Below are positions 9,583 through 18,541 of a stretch of DNA of 64,000 nt, piece by piece. The notes beneath the pieces were generated by a model. The model was given only the letters and a program-made list of their open reading frames with translations. It was not told where the DNA came from and did no database searches. The DNA is from Candidatus Uhrbacteria bacterium CG_4_9_14_3_um_filter_50_9 (GTDB taxonomy: Bacteria; Patescibacteriota; Patescibacteriia; UBA9934; GWF2-40-263): positions 47,350 through 111,349 of the forward strand of contig PFWU01000049.1 in NCBI GenBank assembly GCA_002791295.1, given 5' to 3'. Position 1 is the first letter of the stretch, and every line of letters begins with the position of its first letter. Position numbers and translations under genes: made by a program.

Positions 9583-10338
9583 ATGATGACAATAAAAAGA
9601 CATTCACACGAGGAGCGCATAAAGGTGGCTGAGGCACTCTTACCAAAAATTAAAGAACGGTTTGGCGAAAGCCTGGTGGCCATCGCCGTTCGTGGCTCCA
9701 CAGCAAAAAAGACTGACGGTCCATACTCTGATTTGGAGCTGTTTGCGTTTATTACATCCATGACCAACGGAGAACGTTATGGAAAGCTACGAAAGATTGT
9801 TGACGGATTATTGATTGAGATTATTTGGGTCACGCCGGAAAACTACATTCGTGAGGTCAAAGAAATTTCTCGAGCCTGGTTTGGAAGTGGTGCTGATTAT
9901 TTATTCCCTCTCTATAACAAAGAAAAAATAGACGAGTTGAATGCGTTTGTCCCCATAGATGCCGAGAAGAAGTGCCTCGATCAAGCCGCCGCTCTTTGGG
10001 ATCATGTGCAAGAAGCTGCAACAAAAGTACTCAATGCATCAGAGGCCAAAAATAGTTCCGGAATGCCTCTTGTTATGGGTGACCTGTTCAGTAATCTGCT
10101 GAAGATGGTTTCGTTTTTTAATGCCAAACCCTACACGACATTCGCTCAACTCATTGTCGAATCTAAACAGATGTCCTATCGCCCTGAGGGTTTTGATGAG
10201 CTTACGAATTTGGTTGTAGATGGTAAGTACACAGAATTTGTAAACATCTCGACTCTTGTCCTGAGCGTGATGACTGAATTTGAGGAACGTCTTCTTGGTC
10301 ATGGGTACACGTTGCAGCACTCCAGTTTTGAGTTTTAG
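9583..10338 (+). CDS. Kanamycin nucleotidyltransferase ANT(4')-like protein
   Basis: AIAVRGSTAKKTDGPYSDLELF resembles the KNTase GSxxxxxDGPYSDxE motif; 251 aa; helical C-terminal domain. Confidence 0.75.
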   Translation: MMTIKRHSHEERIKVAEALLPKIKERFGESLVAIAVRGSTAKKTDGPYSDLELFAFITSMTNGERYGKLRKIVDGLLIEIIWVTPENYIREVKEISRAWFGSGADYLFPLYNKEKIDELNAFVPIDAEKKCLDQAAALWDHVQEAATKVLNASEAKNSSGMPLVMGDLFSNLLKMVSFFNAKPYTTFAQLIVESKQMSYRPEGFDELTNLVVDGKYTEFVNISTLVLSVMTEFEERLLGHGYTLQHSSFEF

Positions 10339-10472
10339 ATCTAGATAATGCTTGAGTTGTTTGTTGAGAAATTTTCATTCTGACCCACTTTTTAAATAGA
10401 CATTTCTGGAAGGAAGATCCTCGTATCTGTTAGATGGTGATTTTGAGGCACATGGATCAAGATTTGTTTGAT

Positions 10473-11105
10473 TTACTGTCGCATTCCGCAGTTGGTGCAG
10501 AGCAATGCACGATTCATGTCGCTTCCTGTGAATAAGAGACGGTACATGCTTTTTCTCATTTCTAAAATGAAGAACAAAATGACCCAAATGCCGCCGACTA
10601 TAGTGGTGAGATAGAAAGAAATCGGTGAACTTATGACAAGCGAAATTACAAGAAATATAAGCGCGGCAACCGAAGAAACTGCCAGAAGTATAGAGATAAC
10701 CTTAACCCAAATTGGGTAACTCCACTTTCGGATAAATTTGTGCCCCTTACACTGTCGACAACTTTCTTTTAGCTCCTGAACCTCTTGAAGTTGCTGAGTG
10801 TGTCCACAAAGTTTACAGAGAAACGGTGTTTGGCTAAAAACCAGAATATTGATCAAAAAACTTAGCGCCAATCCAGCGGAAAATAATGGTACGAATCCAA
10901 AGGAGATATTTAATCCGGTTTGTGGTTCGATCACGAGATAAAACAATACTGTGACGACAATCCCCACAAAAAATGTCCACCGAAGAAATGGAATCCATGG
11001 ATCGGTCGGAATCATCAAGCTTTCTAACTGTGTGGCGTTTGGCTTTGTCTTAATCGGATTATTACCGCAATGTTCACATTTCATACGTTTACGAGTTAGG
11101 TTCAT
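10473..11105 (-). CDS. Hypothetical membrane protein with Zn-ribbon CxxC motifs
   Basis: Four TM helices and four CxxC motifs (CEHC, CKLC, CRQC, CTNC). Confidence 0.65.
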   Translation of the reverse strand: MNLTRKRMKCEHCGNNPIKTKPNATQLESLMIPTDPWIPFLRWTFFVGIVVTVLFYLVIEPQTGLNISFGFVPLFSAGLALSFLINILVFSQTPFLCKLCGHTQQLQEVQELKESCRQCKGHKFIRKWSYPIWVKVISILLAVSSVAALIFLVISLVISSPISFYLTTIVGGIWVILFFILEMRKSMYRLLFTGSDMNRALLCTNCGMRQ

Positions 11106-11148
11106 TGCATGTATTCTATCTTATCAAAACAACCCCGCGAAGGGTTGT

Positions 11149-11384
11149 TTACACGAAACGTTTGTTTCTAAATGCCTGTCCTGATCCCGATTTCAAGTAT
11201 TGTTCAAATCGACGAGCCTGGATTCTTGATGGAAACGCACAGTACCAAATAAGAGTGAGTGGGCGTAAGTCTTTTGTGTATTCAGATTTCCCGGATTCAT
11301 GTTCATCGACTCTTCGTTTCAAATCCGTGTACATCCCGTGTAAACAGAATCATTCGAGAGTTTTAAGAGGTAGACGTAGTACAT
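11149..11384 (-). pseudogene. GIY-YIG nuclease (YazA/YhbQ-like), frameshifted
   Basis: MYYVYLLKLSNDSVYTGCT in one frame continues as TDLKRRVDEHESGKSEYTK...FEQYLKSGSG in another; 236 bp, one base short near 11328. Confidence 0.8.
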
Positions 11385-11476
11385 ACTTGACCAGAAGTTC
11401 ATTGAAGCTTCAGTTGGCTGTGGGATTGTTCTGTGTCTGGCCGCAGGCCACCCATAGCTTCAACAGGAAACGATAC

Positions 11477-11504
11477 GTCACCCTACGCTAAAGCTTCGGG
11501 TGAC
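11477..11504. repeat. REP-like palindrome with GCTAAAGCTTCGG core
   Basis: GTCACCC-TACGCTAAAGCTTC-GGGTGAC; related copy at 38415-38442. Confidence 0.6.
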
Positions 11505-11547
11505 ACCCGTCGCTTCAACAACTAACTATGCTGTTGAAGCGACGGGT
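11505..11547. repeat. Perfect 16-bp inverted repeat abutting the tRNA-Ser 3' end
   Basis: ACCCGTCGCTTCAACA-N11-TGTTGAAGCGACGGGT. Confidence 0.75.
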
Positions 11548-11639
11548 GGCGGAGAGGGAGGGATTCGAACCCTCGCGCCGGGTAAACCCGACCTACAGGA
11601 TTAGCAATCCCGCCCCTTCAGCCTCTTGGGTACCTCTCC
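11547..11639 (-). tRNA. tRNA-Ser(GCT)
   Basis: Reverse complement GGAGAGG...GGAT-TGCTA-ATCC, long variable arm, GGTTCGAATCC, CCTCTCCGCCA. Confidence 0.95.
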
Positions 11640-11642
11640 GTG

Positions 11643-11770
11643 GTAAACGATCCAGAATTGGTGATCTGCTTGTGCTTCGGCTGAACGTCGCCTCACGGTA
11701 GGATTTACCTACCGCTCGACGACGTTCAGCCTCCAGCACGGCGTAGCTCACTCAATTCTGAATCGTTTAC
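11643..11770 (-). repeat. tRNA-leader rod-like hairpin, copy A
   Basis: Terminal inverted repeat GTAAACGA/TCGTTTAC; core nearly identical to copy B. Confidence 0.85.
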
Positions 11771-11785
11771 ATTCGATTTGTTTTT

Positions 11786-11877
<92 letters not shown>

Positions 11878-11881
11878 CTAG

Positions 11882-12010
11882 GTAAAACGTCCAGGATTAC
11901 ACCATCTGCTTGTGCTTCGGTTGAACGTCGCCTCACGGTAGGATTTACCTACCGCTCGACGACTTTCAGCCTCCAGCACAGCGCATCTGGCGCAATCCTG
12001 AACGTTTTAC
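11882..12010 (-). repeat. tRNA-leader rod-like hairpin, copy B
   Basis: On the minus strand GTAAAACGTTCAGGATTGCG...GTAATCCTGGACGTTTTAC. Confidence 0.85.
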
Positions 12011-12150
12011 ATTCGATTTATATTCGCTTTGTGGATCCTATTTTCATTGGACGTGGGGTAGAATACTTTAAAACAGGGGAAAGTTCAAGAGGGCCCTAAG
12101 TGCTGTACACAGCTGTCTTTTGACAGAAAACATGATAAACTAGAGCCACT

Positions 12151-12648
12151 ATGGCAGAGGAACAGCTTCAAGTTGATATCGGCCGACCGGTCCTTGAGTG
12201 GGAGGTCGACGAATATCCAAAGCATGATCGATCAAAATATTGGTACATTATTGGAGCCGTGGTTGGTGTCTTCCTTGTCATCTACGCCATTTCCACAGCC
12301 AACTTTTTGTTTGCGGTCATTATTCTGATGTTGGGGATCGTGACGCTTCTTTCTACGTTTCTTCCACCGGATCGTATCGTTGTTATTGTCACGACCACCG
12401 GTGTTGTCGTGGGTGATATGTATTATGACTACGAGGCGATTCGTGACTTCTCCATTGCGTATGATCCTCCAGAGGTAAAGTACTTGTATCTTGAGTTCCA
12501 TTCTCCATGGCAGCCACTCATTTCCATTCCTCTCGAAGAAATGGATCCAAATGCCATTCGTGAGAATCTCCTTCCATTCTGTTTCGAAAACCTCGACCGT
12601 ACGGAGGAAAGCTTGACTGATGTCATGCGAAGGATGTATAAACTCTGA
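12151..12648 (+). CDS. Conserved CPR membrane protein (DUF5673-like)
   Basis: LEWEVDEYPKHDRSKYWY, two TM helices, PH-like C-terminus. Confidence 0.7.
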   Translation: MAEEQLQVDIGRPVLEWEVDEYPKHDRSKYWYIIGAVVGVFLVIYAISTANFLFAVIILMLGIVTLLSTFLPPDRIVVIVTTTGVVVGDMYYDYEAIRDFSIAYDPPEVKYLYLEFHSPWQPLISIPLEEMDPNAIRENLLPFCFENLDRTEESLTDVMRRMYKL

Positions 12649-12652
12649 CGAA

Positions 12653-12720
12653 CGAACGTGCATGTAGCGAACGTACATGTAGCGAACGTACATGTAGCGA
12701 ACGTACATGTAGCGAACGTA
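12653..12720. repeat. 15-bp tandem repeat (CGAACGTACATGTAG), about 4.5 copies
   Basis: Read directly from the sequence; no spacers. Confidence 0.95.
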
Positions 12721-12847
12721 AAACGTTCAGGATTGCGTCAGATGCGCCGCTCTGCAGGGAGGAAAGTTCGTGAGACGTGGGCAAATCCCACGTCGAGCGA
12801 ATTTCCGACCGAAGAGCAAGCAGATGGTGTAATCCTGGACGTTTTAC
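12718..12847 (+). repeat. tRNA-leader rod-like hairpin, copy C
   Basis: Same 23-bp outer stem as copy B with a diverged but still base-paired core. Confidence 0.85.
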
Positions 12848-12850
12848 TCT

Positions 12851-12927
12851 GTACCCGTAGCTCAGTTGGATAGAGCGTCAGCTTGCGGAGCTGAAGGTCG
12901 CAGGTTCGAGCCCCGCCGGGTACACCA
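12851..12927 (+). tRNA. tRNA-Arg(GCG)
   Basis: Acceptor stem GTACCCG/CGGGTAC, anticodon arm TCAGC-TTGCGGA-GCTGA, GGTTCGAG, ACCA end. Confidence 0.92.
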
Positions 12928-12960
12928 CCAATAAACACCAGCACGACTGGTGTTTTTTGG

Positions 12961-12989
12961 TTGACAAAGAGAGGTTAGGGTTGTAGTGT
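12961..12989 (+). promoter_or_regulatory. Sigma70-type promoter of the orphan gene
   Basis: TTGACA-N17-TAGTGT. Confidence 0.55.
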
Positions 12990-13024
12990 CCTTGCTCATC
13001 TTCCATCTGCTACAGGAGGTCAGG

Positions 13025-13426
13025 ATGCACACCGGTGAGAAGATCAAGGCACTGTTCGGTCGGTTCAAGGGCCAGTTGCCCAGTCAGGAGGAGACAGGGT
13101 TCGTGTCCGTTCCATTCAGGGAAGAATACGCATTCCTCTGGATCTTCAAGAGAACACGGGTAAGCTGGCTCTGGATCATGGAGCTCGATGATCTCTGGCA
13201 CGTGGTCGTGGCACCAGCCCTTCCGCTCCAGCCGGTTTTCATGGGTGCCGTCATCAGTGTGGACTACAGCAAGATCGATGGGAGAGGGCAGAAAGCCTGG
13301 GACTCGGCCTACCAACGGTATCGTCTGTATGAGAGGTTGGAGGACGAAGTGATCAAGGCTTACGCAAGGAGTATCGACCTCGCTTACGATGAGCACATGC
13401 GTGTCGAAAGAGAGGTCAGCGCATAA
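13025..13426 (+). CDS. Hypothetical protein (orphan, GC-rich codons)
   Basis: AGGAGGT Shine-Dalgarno 4 nt before ATG; own promoter and terminator. Confidence 0.7.
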   Translation: MHTGEKIKALFGRFKGQLPSQEETGFVSVPFREEYAFLWIFKRTRVSWLWIMELDDLWHVVVAPALPLQPVFMGAVISVDYSKIDGRGQKAWDSAYQRYRLYERLEDEVIKAYARSIDLAYDEHMRVEREVSA

Positions 13427-13495
13427 CACCAGACGCATCTGGTGTTTTTCAATTGTCTGGGTTTTTTGATTTTCGAGTGTTAAGATGCCCCTACT

Positions 13496-15541
13496 ATGGC
13501 CATTCACTTAGGATCGTCCGTCTCTGAACTTCCTGGCATTGGAGGGAAAGCAGTTACAGACCTCAAAAACCTCGGGGTTACGTCTGTGCGGGATCTTTTG
13601 TGGTATGTGCCGTTTCGATATGATGATTTTTCGGTGATTCGTGGAGCCGGCGAGGTGCGAGCAGGGGAGACCGTGACTGTGATTGGGACCGTACAGTCGA
13701 TTCGTTCACGACCAGCGAAAAGTCGGAATCTTAAAATCATTGATGGAATTATTCAGGATGAAACAGGTGAGTTGAAAGTCACGTGGTTTAATCAGTCGTA
13801 TCTTGAGCAATCACTCCCACCTGGGACGAAGGTGTCCGTGGCAGGTGAGGTGAATAACAAGTACGGGTTGTCTATGACGAACCCTGTGATTGAGAAGCAT
13901 CAAGTAGGTGTACACACAGGGCGCATTGTGCCGGTGTATGGGCTCACAGGTTCACTCACAATGAAGCGTCTTCGTTCTGCCATGAACGTCGCGCTTCCAG
14001 CCGCAAGTGAGTTTCCTGATTGGATGCCAGGGGACATTGTGTCGACAGAGCGTCTGCCGTCCCTGCCACAGGCACTCAAAGCGATACACTTTCCTGATTC
14101 ACGAAAGGATCTTGAGACCGCTATTGAGCGACTTAAGTTTGATGAGTTGTTTTTGCACCAGCTCATGTTTGCACATGTTCGAAGCGAACGAGCGTTTAAG
14201 CGTGCGGCAGAGATTGAGCTCAATGAAGTTTTTTTGAAAGCGTTTGTCGGTGGGTTACCGTTTACGCTTACCAGCGCACAAAAGAAAGCCGTGTGGGAGA
14301 TTGTGCAGGACATGGCAAAACCACACCCAATGAACCGCTTACTTGAGGGGGATGTGGGGTCGGGTAAAACCGTCGTGTCTGCGGCAGCCGCAGCGAGTGT
14401 GCTTCGTGTGGGTCAGCGGGTTGTGTACCTGGCGCCGACGGAGATTCTCGCAACCCAGCAGCACCAGGCCTTTGTGAAGTTTTTGAATCAGCCCGTCGCA
14501 CTCTTGACGCGTTCACAACAGAAGTTGGGGGAGGAAGAAGTGTCCAAGAGTGATTTAATTGAACAGATTAACACTGGAAACGTTCAGTGCATCGTCGGGA
14601 CGCATGCGCTCTTGCAAGAAAAGGTTCAGCTTGGCGACATTGGCCTCATCATCATCGACGAGCAGCATCGTTTTGGCGTGGAGCAGCGACATGCGCTTTT
14701 AGATCACGACCCAGCACCACACCTCCTCTCTATGACGGCAACGCCGATTCCACGCTCACTGGCTCTCACGGTTTACGGAGATCTTGAACTTTCAATTCTG
14801 AACGAGATGCCAGCCGGACGAAAGCCGGTGGCAACAGCGGTTGTTCCGCATCATCAGCAAGAGGGGATGTGGAGTCATGTGCGTGCTCAGGTGAAGGAAG
14901 GCCGCCAGGTATTCGTCGTCTGCCCACTCATCGATCCGTCAGACAAGCTTGGAGCGAAGTCCGTGGCGGAAGTGGCAAAGGATCTGAAGAAAGGCCCTCT
15001 TAAGGACGTCACGATTGGGGTCTTGCACGGACGGCTCAAGTCAGACGAGAAAGAACAAGCCATCACAGACTTTCGTGATAACAAAATCGATGTGCTTGTT
15101 TCGACGACGGTCGTGGAGGTTGGAGTCGACATTCCAAATGCGAGCGTCATGGTTATCGTCGGAGCAGAACGTTTTGGCCTCGCGCAGCTTCACCAGCTGA
15201 GGGGACGTGTTGGGCGGTCGGATATTCAAAGCTATTGCTACTTGTTGCCAGGGGAGATGTTGACCGGAAACGGTGAGAGCCGGCTTAAGGCCATGGAAGA
15301 GACGGTAGATGGATTCAAACTAGCCGAAAAAGACCTCGAACTCCGCGGCCCAGGAAACGTCTTCGGAAACGCCCAATCAGGCTTCCCAGACTTCCAATTA
15401 GCGACACCAGCGGACGTCGACCTTATGAAGAAAGCAAGAGACTACACCGTGGAATTATTAGAACAAGATCCACATTTAGAGGGGCACCCATTAGTGGCGG
15501 AAAGAATCGAGAGAGAATTCGAAGCAGTTCATTTAGAGTGA
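13496..15541 (+). CDS. recG: ATP-dependent DNA helicase RecG
   Basis: OB wedge domain, GDVGSGKT, DEQH, TATPIPR, HQLRGRVGR. Confidence 0.97.
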   Translation: MAIHLGSSVSELPGIGGKAVTDLKNLGVTSVRDLLWYVPFRYDDFSVIRGAGEVRAGETVTVIGTVQSIRSRPAKSRNLKIIDGIIQDETGELKVTWFNQSYLEQSLPPGTKVSVAGEVNNKYGLSMTNPVIEKHQVGVHTGRIVPVYGLTGSLTMKRLRSAMNVALPAASEFPDWMPGDIVSTERLPSLPQALKAIHFPDSRKDLETAIERLKFDELFLHQLMFAHVRSERAFKRAAEIELNEVFLKAFVGGLPFTLTSAQKKAVWEIVQDMAKPHPMNRLLEGDVGSGKTVVSAAAAASVLRVGQRVVYLAPTEILATQQHQAFVKFLNQPVALLTRSQQKLGEEEVSKSDLIEQINTGNVQCIVGTHALLQEKVQLGDIGLIIIDEQHRFGVEQRHALLDHDPAPHLLSMTATPIPRSLALTVYGDLELSILNEMPAGRKPVATAVVPHHQQEGMWSHVRAQVKEGRQVFVVCPLIDPSDKLGAKSVAEVAKDLKKGPLKDVTIGVLHGRLKSDEKEQAITDFRDNKIDVLVSTTVVEVGVDIPNASVMVIVGAERFGLAQLHQLRGRVGRSDIQSYCYLLPGEMLTGNGESRLKAMEETVDGFKLAEKDLELRGPGNVFGNAQSGFPDFQLATPADVDLMKKARDYTVELLEQDPHLEGHPLVAERIEREFEAVHLE

Positions 15542-15629
15542 TTTTCGGTACCTTCCTAATCAGGAGGGTTTTTCTTTTTGTCACACATTGATCGATTCGT
15601 GCATAGTACTTGTATAGGCCTATTTGATT

Positions 15630-16136
15630 ATGAATGAACAGGAGAAGAAGCAACTGTTTTCGCGGGAATATTCGGAGCTTTTTGATTTTGTGTATCGCTA
15701 TGTTCGGTATCGTCTTCCGCAGAAGGAGGAGGCTGAGGATTTGGTGTCGGAGGTTTTTTTGCAGGCGTACCACAAGCTGTCGGAGTTTGATCCTATAAAA
15801 GGGGGATTGCGTCAGTGGATGACTGGGATCGCGAAGAACAAGTTGTTGATGCATTGGCGTCGACGGGTTGTGAAGGTTGATTTGGATTCTGTCGGAGAGA
15901 TTACAAATGAAGACGACAAGCAAGCACTTGCATTCCTAGATTCGAAATTACTTGTCGAGAAATTATTGAGTCATGTGTCAGACGACATGAAAGCGTTGTT
16001 AGCATTTCGATATGTAGATGGACTTACGTTTGATGAGATCGCTCAGGTGATCGGGAAGGAAGGAACGGCAGTGCGACAATGTTTCTCTCGGCTTCATAAA
16101 AAGCTTCAGGAGATTTACGAAGAAATTTATGCTTAA
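15630..16136 (+). CDS. ECF RNA polymerase sigma factor
   Basis: Region 2 EAEDLVSEVF...QWMTGIAKN and region 4 HTH GLTFDEIAQVIG. Confidence 0.9.
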   Translation: MNEQEKKQLFSREYSELFDFVYRYVRYRLPQKEEAEDLVSEVFLQAYHKLSEFDPIKGGLRQWMTGIAKNKLLMHWRRRVVKVDLDSVGEITNEDDKQALAFLDSKLLVEKLLSHVSDDMKALLAFRYVDGLTFDEIAQVIGKEGTAVRQCFSRLHKKLQEIYEEIYA

Positions 16137-18069
16137 TGAAAAATTCGACAATCAATACAAACGAGAGGTTGAGCAGATCGAAGTTAATCAGGATTTGAAA
16201 CAGAAGATCGCTTCTCAACTCAAAATTGAACCAGAAAAACCTATGGAAAAGAAGACGCCGTTGTTCGTGTTGTTCAGTCCGCTCTTGGGTGTGACAGCTG
16301 TCGCACTCGTTCTCTTCTTTGTCGTTTCTCCTGACGCAATCGAAAACATGACAGACCCCATTGTGTATGGAGATCAGATCGATGACTGGGTGTTTGATGG
16401 GGTTGATGAGGAAGAGGTTCTCAGTAAATCATATGGATCCACGACGGGTCTTGGGAGTAGCGGATTCGGATCATTGAGTGCATTAGGTTCATCTCCAAGT
16501 GTGATAAGCGACATGGCTATGGAGGAATCGATTGGATTCTCTGTCGGTGGATCAAAAGATGTTGATAGTTTCCGAACGAACATCGAAAACGGCTATCTTC
16601 CACTTATTGACTCTCTTACCTACGAGGGATTGTTCTACGAATACTTCTTCGACACAGGAGCAGAGGAAGTGTGTGCGGATCTTTTTTGTCCGTCGTATAC
16701 AAAAGCGGTTTCTCTTGACCCTCTCTCTGGGGAAGAAGAATTCTATCTTGCTGTTGGTCTAAATTCTGGAATGACAGAAGCGGATTTCGAGCGAAAGAAA
16801 TTGAACCTTGTTGTGGTTATGGATATTTCTGGATCTATGAACTCCTCGTTTGATCAGTATTATTACGATGGGTATGGCAACTACATGGAGGTTGAAGAGT
16901 ACTCATCAGATTCAAAGATGGAAGTAGCGAATGAGTCTGTTGTTGGCTTGTTGAGTCACTTGAATAACGATGACCGCATTGGAATCGTCTTGTTTGATGA
17001 CGAGGCTTATGAAGCAAAGCCGGTGCGACTTGTAGGAGAAACCGATATGAATGCCCTGGAAGAACATATCTTGGACATCACCCCTCAAGGGGGGACAGAC
17101 ATGTCTGAAGGGATGGATATGGCGACAAAACTTCTCTCAGAATTTGAGGGAGTGGATGCAGATGAATACGAGAATCGCATCATTTTTATTACGGATGCCA
17201 TGCCAAATACGGGAGACATTTCAAAAGGAGGGTTACTGGGAATGGTAGAGGACAATGCTGATAAGGGAGTCTATACAACCTTTATCGGTGTGGGAGTCGA
17301 CTTCCAGTCTGAGTTAATTGAGTCCATTACAAACGTTCGAGGAGCGAACTACTATTCTGTGCATTCATCTAAAGAATTCTCTGAACGCATGGATGAAGGA
17401 TTCGAGTACATGGTGACTCCGCTTGTATTCAACTTAGAACTTGTACTTGAGGCTGAGGGATATGACATCGAAGCGGTGTACGGATCGCCAGAAGCAAATC
17501 TTGCAACGGGTGAAATTCTGTATGTGAATACACTTTTCCCATCGAAGACTACTGGAGGAGAGACGCGTGGAGGTCTGATCTTGCTCAAACTGACAAAGAC
17601 GTCTGAAAATGCAGAAATGTCTTTGAGTGCTCAGTATGAAGATCGTACGGGCACAGTATTTTCAACAGATGAAGAGATTACGTTTGAGCATACCCAAGCA
17701 GGTTCATACGATACAACCGGCATCCGAAAGGGAATTCTTCTTTCACGATATGTCGATGTATTGAAAAACTGGATGATCGATGAGCGAGGGGCAATGGTGT
17801 ATGCACGTGACATAGAAGTTTCGCTGAACGATGAAGTGGGTATTACGGCTCCAGACAGTATCCCTACAGGAAGTCTGTGGGAGCAGACGTCTGTTCCACT
17901 TACCGTGGCACAAGCGTATCAAGAGTTGTTTGTGCAGTTCTTAGAACACTTTAAGTCTGAGATGAAAGAGCTTGATGACGCAGAGCTTGAGCAAGAGATT
18001 GAGATTCTGGAAACCCTTGTGGGGGCACCGAGAGGGTTGCTGGAAGGATTCATGGAAGATTTTTTTTGA
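16129..18069 (+). CDS. Membrane-anchored vWA-domain protein (possible anti-sigma or sensor)
   Basis: One N-terminal TM; MIDAS DISGSM, GGTD, FITDAMPN; overlaps the sigma gene. Confidence 0.85.
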   Translation: MLNEKFDNQYKREVEQIEVNQDLKQKIASQLKIEPEKPMEKKTPLFVLFSPLLGVTAVALVLFFVVSPDAIENMTDPIVYGDQIDDWVFDGVDEEEVLSKSYGSTTGLGSSGFGSLSALGSSPSVISDMAMEESIGFSVGGSKDVDSFRTNIENGYLPLIDSLTYEGLFYEYFFDTGAEEVCADLFCPSYTKAVSLDPLSGEEEFYLAVGLNSGMTEADFERKKLNLVVVMDISGSMNSSFDQYYYDGYGNYMEVEEYSSDSKMEVANESVVGLLSHLNNDDRIGIVLFDDEAYEAKPVRLVGETDMNALEEHILDITPQGGTDMSEGMDMATKLLSEFEGVDADEYENRIIFITDAMPNTGDISKGGLLGMVEDNADKGVYTTFIGVGVDFQSELIESITNVRGANYYSVHSSKEFSERMDEGFEYMVTPLVFNLELVLEAEGYDIEAVYGSPEANLATGEILYVNTLFPSKTTGGETRGGLILLKLTKTSENAEMSLSAQYEDRTGTVFSTDEEITFEHTQAGSYDTTGIRKGILLSRYVDVLKNWMIDERGAMVYARDIEVSLNDEVGITAPDSIPTGSLWEQTSVPLTVAQAYQELFVQFLEHFKSEMKELDDAELEQEIEILETLVGAPRGLLEGFMEDFF

Positions 18070-18253
18070 TCATTGCCAGCGAGGAATATGTGTCATTTGT
18101 TGCGCGGTTGTCATGAGTCGAGGAGATACATTGCCTGAGGTGATTCGTGCGCTTGGAGCAAAATCTGCAACAGCCAAGGATGTAAAGAAAAAGGCCTAGG
18201 AAACGTTTACTCTCCTTGGAGTCGTGGCGAAATGATGTTATTCTGTCTTTACT

Positions 18254-18502
18254 ATGAGCGATCAAGTTTCAACCAATGAAATCATGGAGTTCCTCAAGGA
18301 GAACATGGTTATGAGGGAGGAAATCGAGTCCATTGTCGACTCAAGGGTTCTGGCATCTGAATCCAGAGTTATCGAGCATGTGGATCGTTTCGCGAAGCTT
18401 CATGAGACTCTCGATCAAGAGCTCATCATGTTGCGCAGCAAGTATGATCGACTCGAGGAACGCCTTGACCTTGTTGAAGCAAAACTTGGAATGACTGTCT
18501 GA
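18254..18502 (+). CDS. Small coiled-coil hypothetical protein
   Basis: 82 aa with heptad pattern; TATTCT -10 box upstream; terminator downstream. Confidence 0.65.
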   Translation: MSDQVSTNEIMEFLKENMVMREEIESIVDSRVLASESRVIEHVDRFAKLHETLDQELIMLRSKYDRLEERLDLVEAKLGMTV

Positions 18503-18504
18503 AC

Positions 18505-18537
18505 ACAAACACCCTCCATCACGGAGGGTGTTTGTTT
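18505..18537. terminator. Bidirectional terminator-like hairpin
   Basis: ACAAACACCCTCC-atcac-GGAGGGTGTTTGT between convergent genes. Confidence 0.65.
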
Positions 18538-18541
18538 AGAC

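Noticed and set aside
12653-12720. CRISPR array
   Set aside because: The 15-bp units are contiguous with no unique spacers, and no cas genes are present.
18070-18199. Short ORF remnant after the vWA gene
   Set aside because: Too short, with no recognisable motif or clear start signal.
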